From Phoronis australis (taxonomy: Eukaryota > Animalia > Phoronida), in the NCBI GenBank assembly GCA_002633005.1, contig NMRA01000252.1:172267-229777 (forward strand): a stretch of DNA of 57,511 nt, read 5' to 3'. Position 1 is the first letter of the stretch. Each line of letters begins with the position of its first letter. A program made the position numbers and the translations under genes. Positions 13,047 through 25,363 of this stretch are shown here, in pieces. The notes under the pieces were generated by a model. The model was not told where the DNA came from, ran no database searches, and was given only the letters and a program-made list of their open reading frames with translations.

Positions 13047-14139
13047 ATGAGTCCGTCACAGGTCAAGTGCTGTCACAAGCAGTGTGCAAACCAGGAATAC
13101 AATTATACAACACTACACGATCACAAACGGAATGTGAATGGGATACCAATGTGCAAAAGAAAGAAGGAAACGATACGACAGAAAGATATAAACAGAAAAC
13201 TTGGAGCACAACGGAAGATCCTTTTAAGAAACATGCAGAGTATTGAAGATTGGGTGAAGAACCAGATTTGGACAAAAGGAGATACTAGTGACGACATCAC
13301 ACAGTACAATCGTTTACAACTCCTGCCTACAGAATGCCAAGACACAACCAATACGTTGGCTATGGAATGCAAAGGTGACCAGTATACTGCTAACGAAAAA
13401 AATCAGCGTCTTCGCCGTGACCATTGTTTGTACGATTGCACCCATTTCTGTAGTAAGCCAAACGATTTTGAGAACTTTGAAAATCGAATGGTTCAAAATC
13501 ACGGCGATACATTTAACCGGCAAAAAAGTCGTATCTCGTTAAATTTTAGCAGCAAAAAAAGGAAACGGCACAAAAAGAAGTTTAACATGAAACGTGACGT
13601 GATAGCAAAAAAAGAGAATAGCACAGACAGTAAGTATTCGCGAAACAAAAATAAACAAGAGACAACAAAGAAAGAAAAGATAGATACCACGAAAAAAAAC
13701 AAAAAGTCGAAAAGAAGTGTCTCAAATATTACGAAAGCCTCATCAACAACAGACGCTTCCAGGATAAAACGGAAGAAGAAGAAAGAAAAAGAAAAGAAAT
13801 CTAGTCAATCTACACCGGAGTTGACCACTTCACAAGAAAAACAAGATGCACCTGTCTACAAAGAACCAGGTGTGGAGGAGGCAAAAACTGTTGAAGAAGA
13901 CCATGACGAAACAGCGTGCATTTCAAAAAGAGCGTCTTTTTCAAGTGAGGACGAGAAAGCAATGCGAGACGAACTTCAAAAACTTAAAGAAAAAGTTCGT
14001 TCACTGGAAAGCGACTTGGGTATTTCCGGGGGAAGCGAATTGCATTCGTCACAAGAAAGTTACCGTGAGCTTCATCGCATACGGTTAGAAAGGTACATGG
14101 GCAGAAAGGAAAAAAGACGCGTCCAAACAAAAAAATCGA
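13047..14139 (+). CDS. G2 exon 1: Lys-rich region plus short predicted coiled coil, paralogous in layout to G1 exon 1
   Basis: ORF 12990..14207, first ATG at 13047 (true start uncertain). AMRDELQKLKEKVRSLE at 13959-14009 resembles G1 EQLRKELSQLRRRIYSLE. Canonical donor A|GTAAGT at 14139/14140 (phase 1). Confidence 0.75.
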
Positions 14140-15642
14140 GTAAGTACAGTGAACATGGGGCTTCTGTTTCCGTGTTTCTTAGTCGTATTCCTAGTACGAG
14201 GATATAACGTCCCGGCAAGCATAGCCTCAACGGTTTTCAACCTTGAGCACTATAGTTAAAAATGTCCACGCAACATATTTGTGTTTCAAACTTGAGCAGA
14301 TCCCATTGTACATAGAAATAGCATTTTGGTGTAACCTGGACTCAAAAAAATCGAATTCGAAATTATCTTTCACATTTTCCGTTCTGTTAATGACCTTCAC
14401 AACACCTATATCTTAGTCTGCTCTCCAGCAGATTATGGTTTACGCATATGAGAGTCTTTCCAACTTTGCAAAGTCTGGGTTCGAGTTCAAAATCGATATT
14501 TCAAGAAATACTCAAAACTGGGAGTTCAGAATGGTGGAATCACCAAATGCAAAATAGGACTAAGCAGTCATCCATTTCAACCGTAATATCCTTGGGTGCA
14601 GAACAATAAACAAGAATCTTGACCTCTTACTATAGTGGAATAGAACATGTCATTTGGAGTAAAAAAGTTAGGCCCTAGGCCTGGACTTGTGAAAAAATGC
14701 GTAAATGCGTTAAGCCAGCAAGCGTTCGTGCAATGTTTTTTTTTGTAATTATCGAGGGTTTTCACCGTGTATAATACTTAAAAACGTTAAATCTAATTTT
14801 GAATTTTAAAGTAAAGTTAATAATTTTTGGTTTCTCCTCACGTGATGTCATCAGTGGAAGATGAGTTGACAGCATGTGTACTTGTATAATGGCGGTGGTA
14901 GCGATTGTAAGCTACGAACACTTAAATAGCAAGATTGACGAATATCATTAAGGCAGGAATGCAGATGGGGGTGAAGACGACACTCCAGACATATTTGAAA
15001 CAGAAAACAAGTTAAACCTCGCCATTTCGGCAGACTTTGCGTGCTTGTACGAACTCAACCCACCTACACCGGCGAGTGACCCCGAGTAAGAGCATATTCA
15101 GTTTACGGACACTAGTCCTGATTTCAGAACTAATATTTCTGAGGGGTATTTACATTTTTATATTGAATCGCGATTTAATTTTCAAAACTCTTTAGTGTCA
15201 AGAAGTATGCATATGTCTGGAACTGTTAATCTATAAGCAAAGGTTGTACCCTGTCTAAGTTCAGCAGAGAATAGCAGCAAAATTGAATTCATTTCTTCGA
15301 ATGCCAAGAACGATCATAACTAATTATGGTGATGCTAACTGGATTTTATTTCTGATAAATGATACTCGTTTCTGTCTTGTCTGTCCCAAACTTTTGAAAA
15401 CTTTGTACTGATTTTTCGTCGGATATTTCGGTCTCATAGTGCCCGACTTCGGTCTCTGTTCCGGCTATTGCGGTCGGTGACTTCAAACTATTTGCTGGGC
15501 TTCTGCTTTAAATTTCTACGATTGGGCATTGACATATATGTTGATAGCATGCATTTCCACAAACTCTTGAAAAATAATATAGACTGATGGAAACTTACTG
15601 CAATCATATTTATTATCTCAGTCACAATTCGATGCCGAGGCT

Positions 15643-15731
15643 CTCAATATGTGCCTGACAACTACGTTCCCGGCAATGGTACGACACTCATACTTAATAT
15701 GTGTCTGACAACCGCGTTCCCAGCTATTGTA
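15643..15731. repeat. Left remnant of the 50-bp minisatellite
   Basis: ~1.7 copies of the unit found at 17384-18190. Confidence 0.85.
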
Positions 15732-15740
15732 GTCAGATAT

Positions 15741-17380
15741 TGTCGTATAAAAGTGAACTGAATGTGGAAACTGAGAAGCCATGTTTATTCACCATTACAT
15801 GAGTCAGGAACAGGACACACAGAAGTATGGGTAACTCATGAAATTGGGTCACAGTCCACGGGAGATAGATGACCCACTAACTCATAACACTGACAATAGG
15901 TGGCGCTAGTGACATCCATTTAACAGTTCACAACATTTCTCCACACTTAGTTGAAGGAAAACCGAAAACAACAACTAACAACAGCACAGTTCACGAATCT
16001 CTAAGGAACTCTCTTGGAATATGTCAAACGATCGGGAGGTTTAGAGACTCGTGCATTGCGACGTAACGGAAGAGCAACTGGGGTTACGCGGCGAGTTCGA
16101 AATACCAGCAGTAACATCATCCTGAGTCCCTTCTGTTGTGGGAACAGGAATTGTGGACGAGGAGTCAACAGGAATGTCCAAATTTGACGGTTCCATGACT
16201 GTTTTGTGTTCAGTGTCCAAAGAAGCTCTGGCACTTTCGGTTTCATTTGACTGACTTGACGTTAACTCGTCGTCCACCTTCACATCATCTGAAAGACCAA
16301 TCAGATGATCAACATGACCAAATCTAACTTTTCCCTGGGCTTTAACCAGATACGTAAGTGGTCCACACACTCTCACAATACAACCTTTGATCCACTTGTC
16401 CCTGCCCTTATTGTGGTTTCTTACCAAAACAGGTTGAAACATTTCCAAAGTTTTCAATTTACTGCTAACATCTACAGCATTAGACTTACATTCAATAGAC
16501 TCTGCAGAGTTTGCTTTCAACAAGGAAAAACGAATTCTGGGTTCTCGTTTCAAAAGTATCTCCGCTGGAGTTTTACCCGTGACACTGTGTAGTGTGTTAC
16601 GATAACTCATCAAAAAACTACCGTAATCCGTGATTAAGAGTACTGTATGCCTTGTTATCGTGAACCTGAGGGATCAAAGCTTGCTTAATAGTCTGAACCC
16701 CTCTTTCTGCACTACCATTTGAGGCTGGATGGTAAGGAGGTACTAAAACTTGCTTAGCGCCATTCACCTCAAGAAAAATACGAAAATCAGCCGACGTGAA
16801 CTGAGGTCCATTATCGGAAACTACTTGTTCCGGCACACCATAAGCCGCAAATAAACGTATCAGAATGTCAATAGTCTTTTCACCAGTAACACTAGCCATG
16901 GCGAAAACTTCAAGCCATCTAAAATAGGTGTCTACAATAATAACAAAGTACTGTCCTTCCTTTTCAGCATAATCTATATGTATACGTTGCCAAATTCTAG
17001 TCGAACGAGGCCATGGCAACTTAAAGCAAGAAGGTGCATTGCGTGAATGCAGACACGCATCACACGAACTAACAACATCCTCAATTGATTTATCAATCCT
17101 AGGCCACCACACATGACTACGTACTGAGGCCTTCATTCGGGAGGTACCAGGATGTTCAAAATACAGTTTACTTAAAATTGTTTCCTGAGTTTAGTAGGGA
17201 TATCAACTCGTAAGCCCCACAACAGACAACCCTTGTCAACCGATAACTCGCCTTTGCGAGTATCTGGCCTCAAATCCTCATCTGGACAAAAACTAGGCCA
17301 ACCCTTAAAAGATAACTGATAAACCTGAGCCATCACAGAGTAGGACTTAGTCTTACTAGCAATATCACTAACTTAGCTTC
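15741..17380 (-). mobile_element. 5'-truncated Ty3/Gypsy LTR retrotransposon: degenerate integrase plus 3' LTR (~15741-15935)
   Basis: HPG..RMKASVRSHVWWP..C..C zinc finger, RIHIDYA, VSDNGPQF, YHPASNGSAERGVQ, YRNTLHSVTGKTPAE and a GPLTY tail; frameshift near 16616. On the minus strand a purine tract precedes TGTTG at 15935, there is an internal AATAAA (15784-15789), and the LTR ends CGACA at 15741. Confidence 0.9.
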
Positions 17381-17383
17381 AAG

Positions 17384-18190
17384 GGTACAACACTCATACT
17401 CAATATGTGCCTGACAATCACGTTCCCAGCAATGGTACAACACTCATACACAATATGTGCTTGACAACCACGTTCTCAGCAATGGTACAACACTCATACT
17501 CAATATGTGCCTGACAACCACTTTCCCGGTAATGGCACAACACTCATACTCAATATGTGCCTAAAAACCACTTTCCCGGCAATGGTACAACACTCATACT
17601 CAATATGTGCCTGACAACTACGTTCCCAGCAGTTGTACAACACTCATACTCAATATCTGCCCGACAACCACGTTCTCAGTAATGACGCATTACTCATATT
17701 CAATATGTGCCTGACAACCACGTTCCCAGTAATGGTACAACACTCATACTCAATATTTGCCTGACAACCACGTTCCCAGCAATAAATGATACAACACTCG
17801 TACTCAATATGTGCCTGACAACCACGTTTCCAGCAATAAATGGTACAATACTCATACTCAATATGTGCTTGACAACCACGTTCCCAGTAATGGTACAACA
17901 CTCATACTCATATATGCCTGACAACTACGTTCCCAGCAATGGTACACCACTCATTCTTAATATGTGCCTGAAAACCACGTCCCCAGTAATGGTACAACAC
18001 TCATACTCTTATACGCCTGACAATTACGTTCCCAGCAATGGTACAACACTCATACTCAATATGTGCCGTCAACCACGTACCCAGCAATGGTACAACATTC
18101 ATACTCAATATGTGCCGTCAACCACGTTCCCAGCAATGGTACAACACTGCCTCAATATGTGTCTGACAACCACGTTTCCAGCAATGGTAT
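17384..18190. repeat. Minisatellite, ~50-bp unit x ~16
   Basis: GGTACAACACTCATACTCAATATGTGCCTGACAACCACGTTCCCAGCAAT repeated head-to-tail with point variants and small indels. Confidence 0.97.
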
Positions 18191-18224
18191 AACAAAAACA
18201 CTACATATATTTCGAATGCACTTA

Positions 18225-18590
18225 CATGTTGGAGAAACCTTCATCAAATATCCACTTCTGCGATGGGTTGAAGCACGGTTCTTCAAAATGGGCTGATCAT
18301 AACGTGGCCCCTGAACTGATCGCCTGCACCGTGGATTGACATAACCGTTTCTGACGCACGTACGCACCTGCGCCACTTCTGGGTTATCTTATATCGTCTT
18401 ATGGTAACACAGAAATTGAAATATTGTCTGTCTGACTGCTATTACTGCATCCTTTGCAAACGCACCTTTCCGTAATACTCGTCTAAGGCAATAGTCAAAG
18501 AATGTTAAACTGCATTTATGATTATTGCTCTTCTTGGGGCATGAGTGTAAATCCCTGTTTTCAGAAATGGCCGCCAACTCAGAGCATATG
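18225..18590 (-). pseudogene. Degenerate THAP-domain fragment
   Basis: Minus-strand pieces LHSCPK ... QKWRR ... (frameshift) SAHFEEPCF resemble THAP FHxFP/W/CSxHF motifs; ends at a GTAAGT donor. Confidence 0.35.
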
Positions 18591-18639
18591 AGAAGTGGTA
18601 TTATGGAAATCAAGTAGCGGAGGTTGTCTCCCAATATGA

Positions 18640-19548
18640 ATATCGTGGAATATTTTTACACCAAGATTAGTTTGGTCCAAAGCCACTAAAACTCTGGCAC
18701 GTCAAGGTAGTAAAGCTGCTATGTCTATCTCTGAAATTAGAAACCGGTGCACGGAATTACCATTGAGTCTTTCACTTGAACTGTTTGATAAAATTGCTGT
18801 GCCAACTATGTGCTACGGTGCGGAAATCTGGGGATTCAAAGAATATGAATGGCTTGAAAATGTATTTGTTAAATTCTGTAAAATTGCTCTTGGATTTGGA
18901 AACTCTTGCTCAAATGCAGCTGTATTGGGTTAATGTGGAATTTATCCGCTCTATGCAAAGTACGATGTCACATGTGTAAAATATTGGCTAAAGTTATTGA
19001 AAATGCAACCTACTAGATACGCTAGAGCGGCTTATGACATGCTAGCTGATTTTGATCGGAATGGAAGAAATACTTGGGTATCTTCTGTTAGACAATTGCT
19101 ATCAAAATACGGTTCTTATGAAATTTGGTTGAATCCAGTTGTCACGTGCGAATTCTCGTTTTTAAGTATCTTCGCTCAAAGAGTTAATGACTGCTATGAG
19201 CAAGGTTGGCGATTAGAAATTGAGCATAATGCAAAACTTAAATACTATTGTAACCTTAAGACTCTGTACTGTTTTGAGCCATATCTTAAGTTACCATTAC
19301 ATGACAGTCTTATTCAAGTGTTTACTTTTTTACGTTGCTCCAACCATAGACTACAAGTGGAAGTGGGTAAACATGACAAAGTGGAATATTACAATAGATT
19401 ATGTTTGATTTGCAATGATGGTCTTGTAGAGGATGAATGCCACTTCCTGTTGATTTGCAAGAGATATTGTGAACTTAGGTCACGTTTTATGAAAGAAGTT
19501 CAATGGAAGCATCCAACTAAAGAATCCTGTGCACGCCTTATTTTATGA
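18640..19548 (+). mobile_element. Non-LTR retrotransposon (LINE) ORF2 3' fragment, inactivated
   Basis: LFDKIAVPTMCYGAEIWG, LRCSNHRLQVEVG and RLCLIC..VEDECHFLLIC are typical LINE ORF2 C-terminal motifs. In-frame TAA at 18931. Confidence 0.85.
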
Positions 19549-19653
19549 GTACGTGTGTTTCGTAATGTGATTCGTATTCTAAATCAACCAAACGGGCTGA
19601 TCAAAATGCGCATCCGGTATAGAAGAATTTGCAGAGTTCTGAAGTTTTACAAT

Positions 19654-19949
19654 GCTTTCTTCGTTATACAGAATTGGTTAAATACACGACACTTGTCGTT
19701 GTTAACAGTCTCTATTCCGTTGCGTTCGTATCCTCGGAACAAAGTTCGACACTAACGGAACATTGGTAAAGCAAATGACCAAGAGACGTGGTTGAAAGAC
19801 ATACGCTATTTCGAAACATACTTGTGTTCTCAAGTGGAAATAAAATGACACAGTAACACCACCACAGAGCAAACGGTACGCTGTAGTACCATACACGGCA
19901 CGTGTGAAATACTGCAAAGAATGACACATGAAGGCGGTAACAGGAAAGT
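19654..19949 (+). repeat. Dispersed repeat, inverted copy of 23684-23967
   Basis: GTTCGTATCCTCGGAACAAAGTTCGACAC and GTGGAAATAAAATGACACAGTAA appear as reverse complements at 23770-23900. Confidence 0.9.
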
Positions 19950-19975
19950 GTAGCGTCTAATTGGCTATTACTCAA

Positions 19976-20400
19976 TAAAGAGGTGGATCGTAGAAAACAA
20001 ATCCTGGTGAATAATGGCTACACGAATGCTCTTGTAGACCGTCATATTAGTCGATTCTTATCCAAAAATTATCGTGAATCCACTGCACTTAGCACTGTGT
20101 GACCAAAAAGGTATTTTACAAAAAAAAACTGTTATGTCCGATAATTACCTCTAGGACGAACACGCCATTAACAAACTCAGCTGGGATAATGTTAAAGTTT
20201 GTAAGCCCGATGATTACCTCGATGTCATTACTTGTTATCGGAATAGGAAGTCCTTCAACTTCGTCATGAAAAATAACATTTCTAAAGCGAAAGCCCGCCC
20301 CGTTGCCCATTGTAGTGTTCTTTATGAGTTTGTATGCCCTGTGAGCGAATGTCTTCGTTTAAATGTCAAACAGTAATACATTGGCACCCCCCAATGACTT
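19976..20400 (+). mobile_element. Penelope-like element fragment (RT C-terminal region to GIY-YIG start), degenerate
   Basis: KEVDRRKQILVNNGYTNALVDRHISRFL, then YEFVCPVSEC...YIG with frameshifts. Confidence 0.6.
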
Positions 20401-20899
20401 CAAACATGGGATATGCAGAATCGATCTTTGACGCGTTTCATTGGCTAACATTTTTGGCCATTTTTGCAAATTTCCGGATTCACCAACGAAAGTTTCGGGC
20501 CACTGCATAACACGTAATAAAGCGTTACAAAACAGCGGTGTTTCTACTAATTCTTAAGCGATAAACTTACCAAACTTTGTGGTGGACAAATATGTTTATC
20601 TTTCCCGTAAGATATCCTTATTACATGTACCAAATATCCACGACAATATCCCTGATATCGCACTGCAGCACTGGTCGGTTCCGTTGTTAGCATGCAAGCG
20701 GTGCCCGGAAGACAATCGCGATTCAGAGATGTGCGTCTCTTTTTTATCGCATAGGACAGCCAAAGGGAAAATGACAACCCAATTAATCACCAAACGACGG
20801 CCTAGTCTTTACTTTCAAACCCTTTACTTGTTTCTGGGGCTACGTGCGTGAAATATGATTTGTCTGGTTGTGGCCTTGAAGAGCGAATACGTGAGCTCA

Positions 20900-21885
20900 C
20901 TTGAACCCATGCTATTCACTTATTGTGAAATAGTTTGGCTAATGCTTAGAGTTCACGGATCCCCGCGACATGTACATTGCTGTATACTACCGCCACCAGA
21001 TGACACTGGTGAATCCGTAGAACACCTCATCACTTCAGTTCACAAAATTACTAATAATAATGGCGGTGATTTCAACTGCCCTCACATGCACTGAAACACC
21101 AACTCAACCCCTCTAAACACACCAAACAGAATCCTCTGTGACAAACTTCTTGACATTATTCAAGACAACTTCCTTCAACAAACAGTAACAAAACGTAACC
21201 GTGAAGACAATACACGTGATCTCTTCCTAACAAACAATCCCAGTAGCATTGTTAAAACTGAGGTCATCCCTGTAAATTCTGCTACACAAAAACAAAAACC
21301 TAGAAAATTCTACATATTCAATAAAGGAAAATACGATGAGCTAAAAACATACGTACTGTAGCTACTTTCTGAAACAAGGTCATAATTCCTGCTCCGTAAA
21401 CGACATGTCGTTCGTCTTTTGCAACACATGTCCTTGATGCTACTGAACGCTTCATCCTCCACAAAACTACAAGACCAAAATACCGAATTCCTTGGATAAA
21501 TCCCAAAATTAAAAAAATTCTCAGAAAAAGATACAATCTCTTTCGCCCCTCAAAACGTACTGGTAATGAATCTGACATAGAAAACTTCCTAAATCTTAGG
21601 AAACTAGTCCAACAAGAAACCTGCAAAGCCTCCTGGAATTACATCAACAATATATTACATCTTCCCAAAGTAATAATCCAAAATTATTTTACTCTTTCAT
21701 CAAAAGTCTCAACAAAGGATTACCAAGTATTGCTCCTTTGAAAAAAGATGGCATTCTACACTTTGACCCAAAAACAAAATCATAAATATTAAGCACACAC
21801 TTTCCTCGGTCTTCACAAAAGACGATGGTGCAGATACACCTGACAAGGTTACAAGCCCCTACAATTCAATGCATGATATAACCTC
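20900..21885 (+). mobile_element. CR1/L2-type LINE fragment (AP endonuclease end and linker), degenerate
   Basis: GGDFNCP, DNFLQQ..RNREDNTRDLFLTNNP, PWINPKIKKILRKR and IAPLKKDG motifs with stops and frameshifts; CA-rich sense strand. Confidence 0.8.
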
Positions 21886-22299
21886 ACAAGCCTCGCTGCC
21901 CGGTCTAAAGTCGGTAACGCAGTGATTTCTGCTGGCTTCTCAAAACATTTGCACTTAATAACTCTTCAAGGCATTACAAGTTGTATCTAATGAGAGAATT
22001 TGTTTCAATTTGATATTAGTTATTATTGGTTGGGGAGAGAATAATTCATGTTAAAACAGAACGCACAATAATAAAAGTCAACGTGGCAACTCGCAATCCC
22101 GACTTAGTGTTGATCCGACGAAGACTTCGCAGGTCGATCGTTAGGTTTCACAGGTTATCAATTCAAACAGGAATACACTGATCAAGAAATACTAGAGAAG
22201 CTCCGTGAACGTGCACAGACAACGGAACGTGGACAATTCCCAAAACCGAAAACTCATTAGGCACAACATTTGATTTCAGCCTCAGTCTCTTTTTCTGCC

Positions 22300-22704
22300 C
22301 TGGCGTGAGCTGTTTGGTTAGCCGGGATTTCATCGTTAGTGAAACCAGTGACGACGAAATGCCGACCGCTGACAAACACGGAGAAGTTTCACGGCCTCAT
22401 ACTTGATATTAACGGCGTAGTTATCATTATTCACTACCGCGAGCCACTTCCGAAGCATTATGGGCTCTCGAGGAAATCGAAAAAACATATGCCCGCTTTC
22501 CTCGCAGCTCAAGCGAGAACGATATACTACACCATAGCGGCACTCACTCTGCAGAACTACTGACGTCAGTGCGTCGTTATTCACCTTCCTCACAGGTTAA
22601 CGCGACACCTCTCGGCGAGGTAAGATCCACTGAATACGAGGTGATGTGGATATAGATCGATTAAGACGGTGACAAAAACTGATTTAATCGGGTGACATTC
22701 TCCT
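22300..22704 (-). mobile_element. Left end of a Kolobok-like DNA transposon with degenerate THAP domain
   Basis: FFRFPREPIMLRKWLAVV...RVCQR THAP motifs; minus-strand terminus TTAA|AGGAGAATGTCACCCG. Homologous to 35210-35478. Confidence 0.7.
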
Positions 22705-23683
22705 TTAAAACTAGTGAAATGCGTTTCGATTTGTGACTGACCTATTTTCCCCGTACTTGGAGTATTGAGGAGCAAACTCGAATTACCCGATGGAAACCCC
22801 CACGGAGTCGGGAATTATTTCGAGGCTATGCATATCGTGGAAAACTAATTGCTGAGTTCGTAAACAGCATAAGTATCACATTTTGTTGTGAAATTTGCAT
22901 TCCCGCGGAGCCAATTACGTTATTCTGTTAGGGCATCGTTTCAAGCTTTTTTTTGAGAGATGTTTTTCAAACGTCGAATTGCAAAATTTGAGCTGCGAGC
23001 AAAACGTGGACGGAATTTGCACTCCGAGTTTTTCGGATCTTTAACACCTTTGACGACAGCCAGTAGCATGCAGGTCAGAACTACCAAAATACCGGACACA
23101 TCCTCCCTTTTCACATCGCAAACTTAACTACTCGAATGCACGTGTCAGTAAGAGAGCACTGATTCAACTTTCACGTCGGCAACTTGCCTTGCTCTTTACA
23201 GCCTTTCAATGGCGGTAGTGAAGAACTGTAACGCCGTACCTGCATGAACGAACTCAATTTTGCGATCTGGAATTTGTAAGTATTTAACGCTGCAGGTAAA
23301 AGCATAATTTAAGCATTTTCTCGATGATCTAAAAAAATTAATTTTGGCGCGTAAAAATGGCGGGAAAATTTTGCAACTTGGCATTTATGAATGCGAACTG
23401 GATTTTGAAAATGCAACCTGGGATTTTGGCAAGGTCGCAAAATGCGACCTGTCGATTTTAATAGCGTCGAGCCCTGATTGTTCAAACGGTTTTCTGTTTT
23501 TCCCGTCGGTTATCTAAGCATCTTCAAAATGGCGCCATCCAAGAACATTTTCTGCAATGTCATGAACGTAAAATCAACGGTCAAGAAATTGTGGAAAATG
23601 CGTCAACTCCATACATGGAGCTGCATTTGAAAGTATTGGAGTCCCTTTTGATTGGATTTGAGAAGCCTGCATTTGTTTGCATG

Positions 23684-23967
23684 ACTTTCCTGTTACCCAC
23701 CATTTGTCATTGTTTGCGGTATTTTAGACCTGCCGTGTCCCACTGTGTACATGTAATTTACTAGCTTTTGCTCTGTGGTGGTATTACTGTGTCATTTTAT
23801 TTCCACGTGAGAATAAAGCAAGCATATTTCGAAAAAGCGTGTGTCAGTTGCTTTACCAATGTTCTGTTAGGTGTCGAACTTTGTTCCGAGGATACGAACA
23901 CAATGGAATAAAGATTGTTAATTACGACAGGTGTCGTGTACTTAACCAATTTTGGATAACTGAAAGC
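23684..23967 (-). repeat. Dispersed repeat, inverted partner of 19654-19949
   Basis: Reverse-complement similarity over ~290 bp; ends ~40 bp upstream of the G2 exon 2 acceptor. Confidence 0.9.
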
Positions 23968-24005
23968 GTGCTACCGAAGTACAGCCAATGTTTTCTTCAA
24001 CGTAG

Positions 24006-25363
24006 AAAAGAAGATTGGAAAAAAAGTCCATCAACCGGGGATTTCTGCGCCTGGTATTTGCAGACGATGCGACAAAGTGATCACAAAGTTTAGCGACATC
24101 ACCGAATGCAGCCGATGTTCAAAGCCTATTGCTCTGCTTAGAGGGGGACTAACACCGGCGACTGATTTTAAACAGAAGCTGGCCATACCTGACAAGGAAG
24201 AGAAACAGTGCATGTATTTTGACGAAGAAGAAGCGAAATATGACACGAACATTTTCTATCACAATCCAGATATTATATATGGCGGCGCAGTCGAAAAGAA
24301 ACTGAGTGAGTCTCAGAGCAGTTGCGGAGACCTTGGGGTAGCTGAATACGTCGGGAATGACGGCATCACGAGACGATGTTTGATGAGTTATGACATACAT
24401 CTCTTCCCGCTTCCGGAGAGCGACGATCAAGCGGAAGAAGAAATTGAACTTAAGAGTCGTTATCGTACGTGCAGTTTCTGTAATCAGTTCATGGCCCCAA
24501 TCAGACCGCAAACAATTCGAGGTACTTATGGCCTCTTTGAAACATTCACCGATCTCGGTTACCTAACTCCATTGTGCAATTGTGCGTTTCATAAGGGTTG
24601 GATTGATGTTAAATTTTCCGACGAAAATATCCAACTAAAAGAAGAACCAGTTGTTGAAAAAGAAGAGAAAATTGCAGGTGATTTAGAGGAGGCAGATATC
24701 GAGAAAATGCAGGCGAAAATGAAAGGAAGCAAGTACCGTCGAGACTTGGTGCATTGTGGTCGTCCAACAGACCAGAGGATACCCAGGGAAATGAGATTCA
24801 GGCCCCACCCAACAAGCTCGAATGAAGCTCATGTTCATTCAGAAGAACGGGACAAAAAACGCAAGGCATTTAAGAGAGCTAAAAAAACAAAATCGGTGTT
24901 AAAGACAGAGCAGGGCGGTGAATCGTCATCAAGTAAATCCAAGTCAGATAAGAAGCTTAGTCGTTCAAAGGAAGCGCACAAAAAGCATAAAACGTTCTCT
25001 ACGTCAGCACTAAAGAAGGCGTTCCATGGGAAGTCAAAACAGAGTGATGAGACATCGTCAAGCAAATCGGGCACAGACAAGACTCATGGGCATTCTCCTC
25101 AAGGGCAGAAAAAACACAGAACTTCACGGATATCAACAGAAAAAAAGGCGTTGTTAGGGAAGTCGAAAGTACGGAAGTCGCAAGCAACGTCAGCTAAGCA
25201 TAAAACCAAGACAGTCAAATCGGATAATACTGCAGCAGGTCAACAGGGGCTAAAGGGAAACTTGAAAACAGAAAGTAAGGTTGAGAGATCTGAAACCGGA
25301 ACCTCAAGGTCGCGTGCTTCGAGAGTTTCGTTCCAAAGCCCGTTAAGTACAAGTTCTCAATAA
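24006..25363 (+). CDS. G2 exon 2: module B followed by a Lys/Ser-rich basic tail
   Basis: Acceptor TTTTCTTCAACGTAG ends at 24005 (phase 1). The frame extends ORF 24077 upstream to give GICRRCDKVITKFSDITECSRCSKPI, matching G1 GQCKICNKEITDFRDVINCKRCSKPI. AATAAA at 25359 and ~25413. Spliced G2 would be ~816 aa. Confidence 0.85.

Noticed and set aside
17384-18190. CRISPR-like array, or repeat proteins in ORFs 17650-18296
   Set aside because: Units are contiguous with no unique spacers, there are no cas genes and the context is eukaryotic; the ORFs are by-products of the 50-bp repeat.
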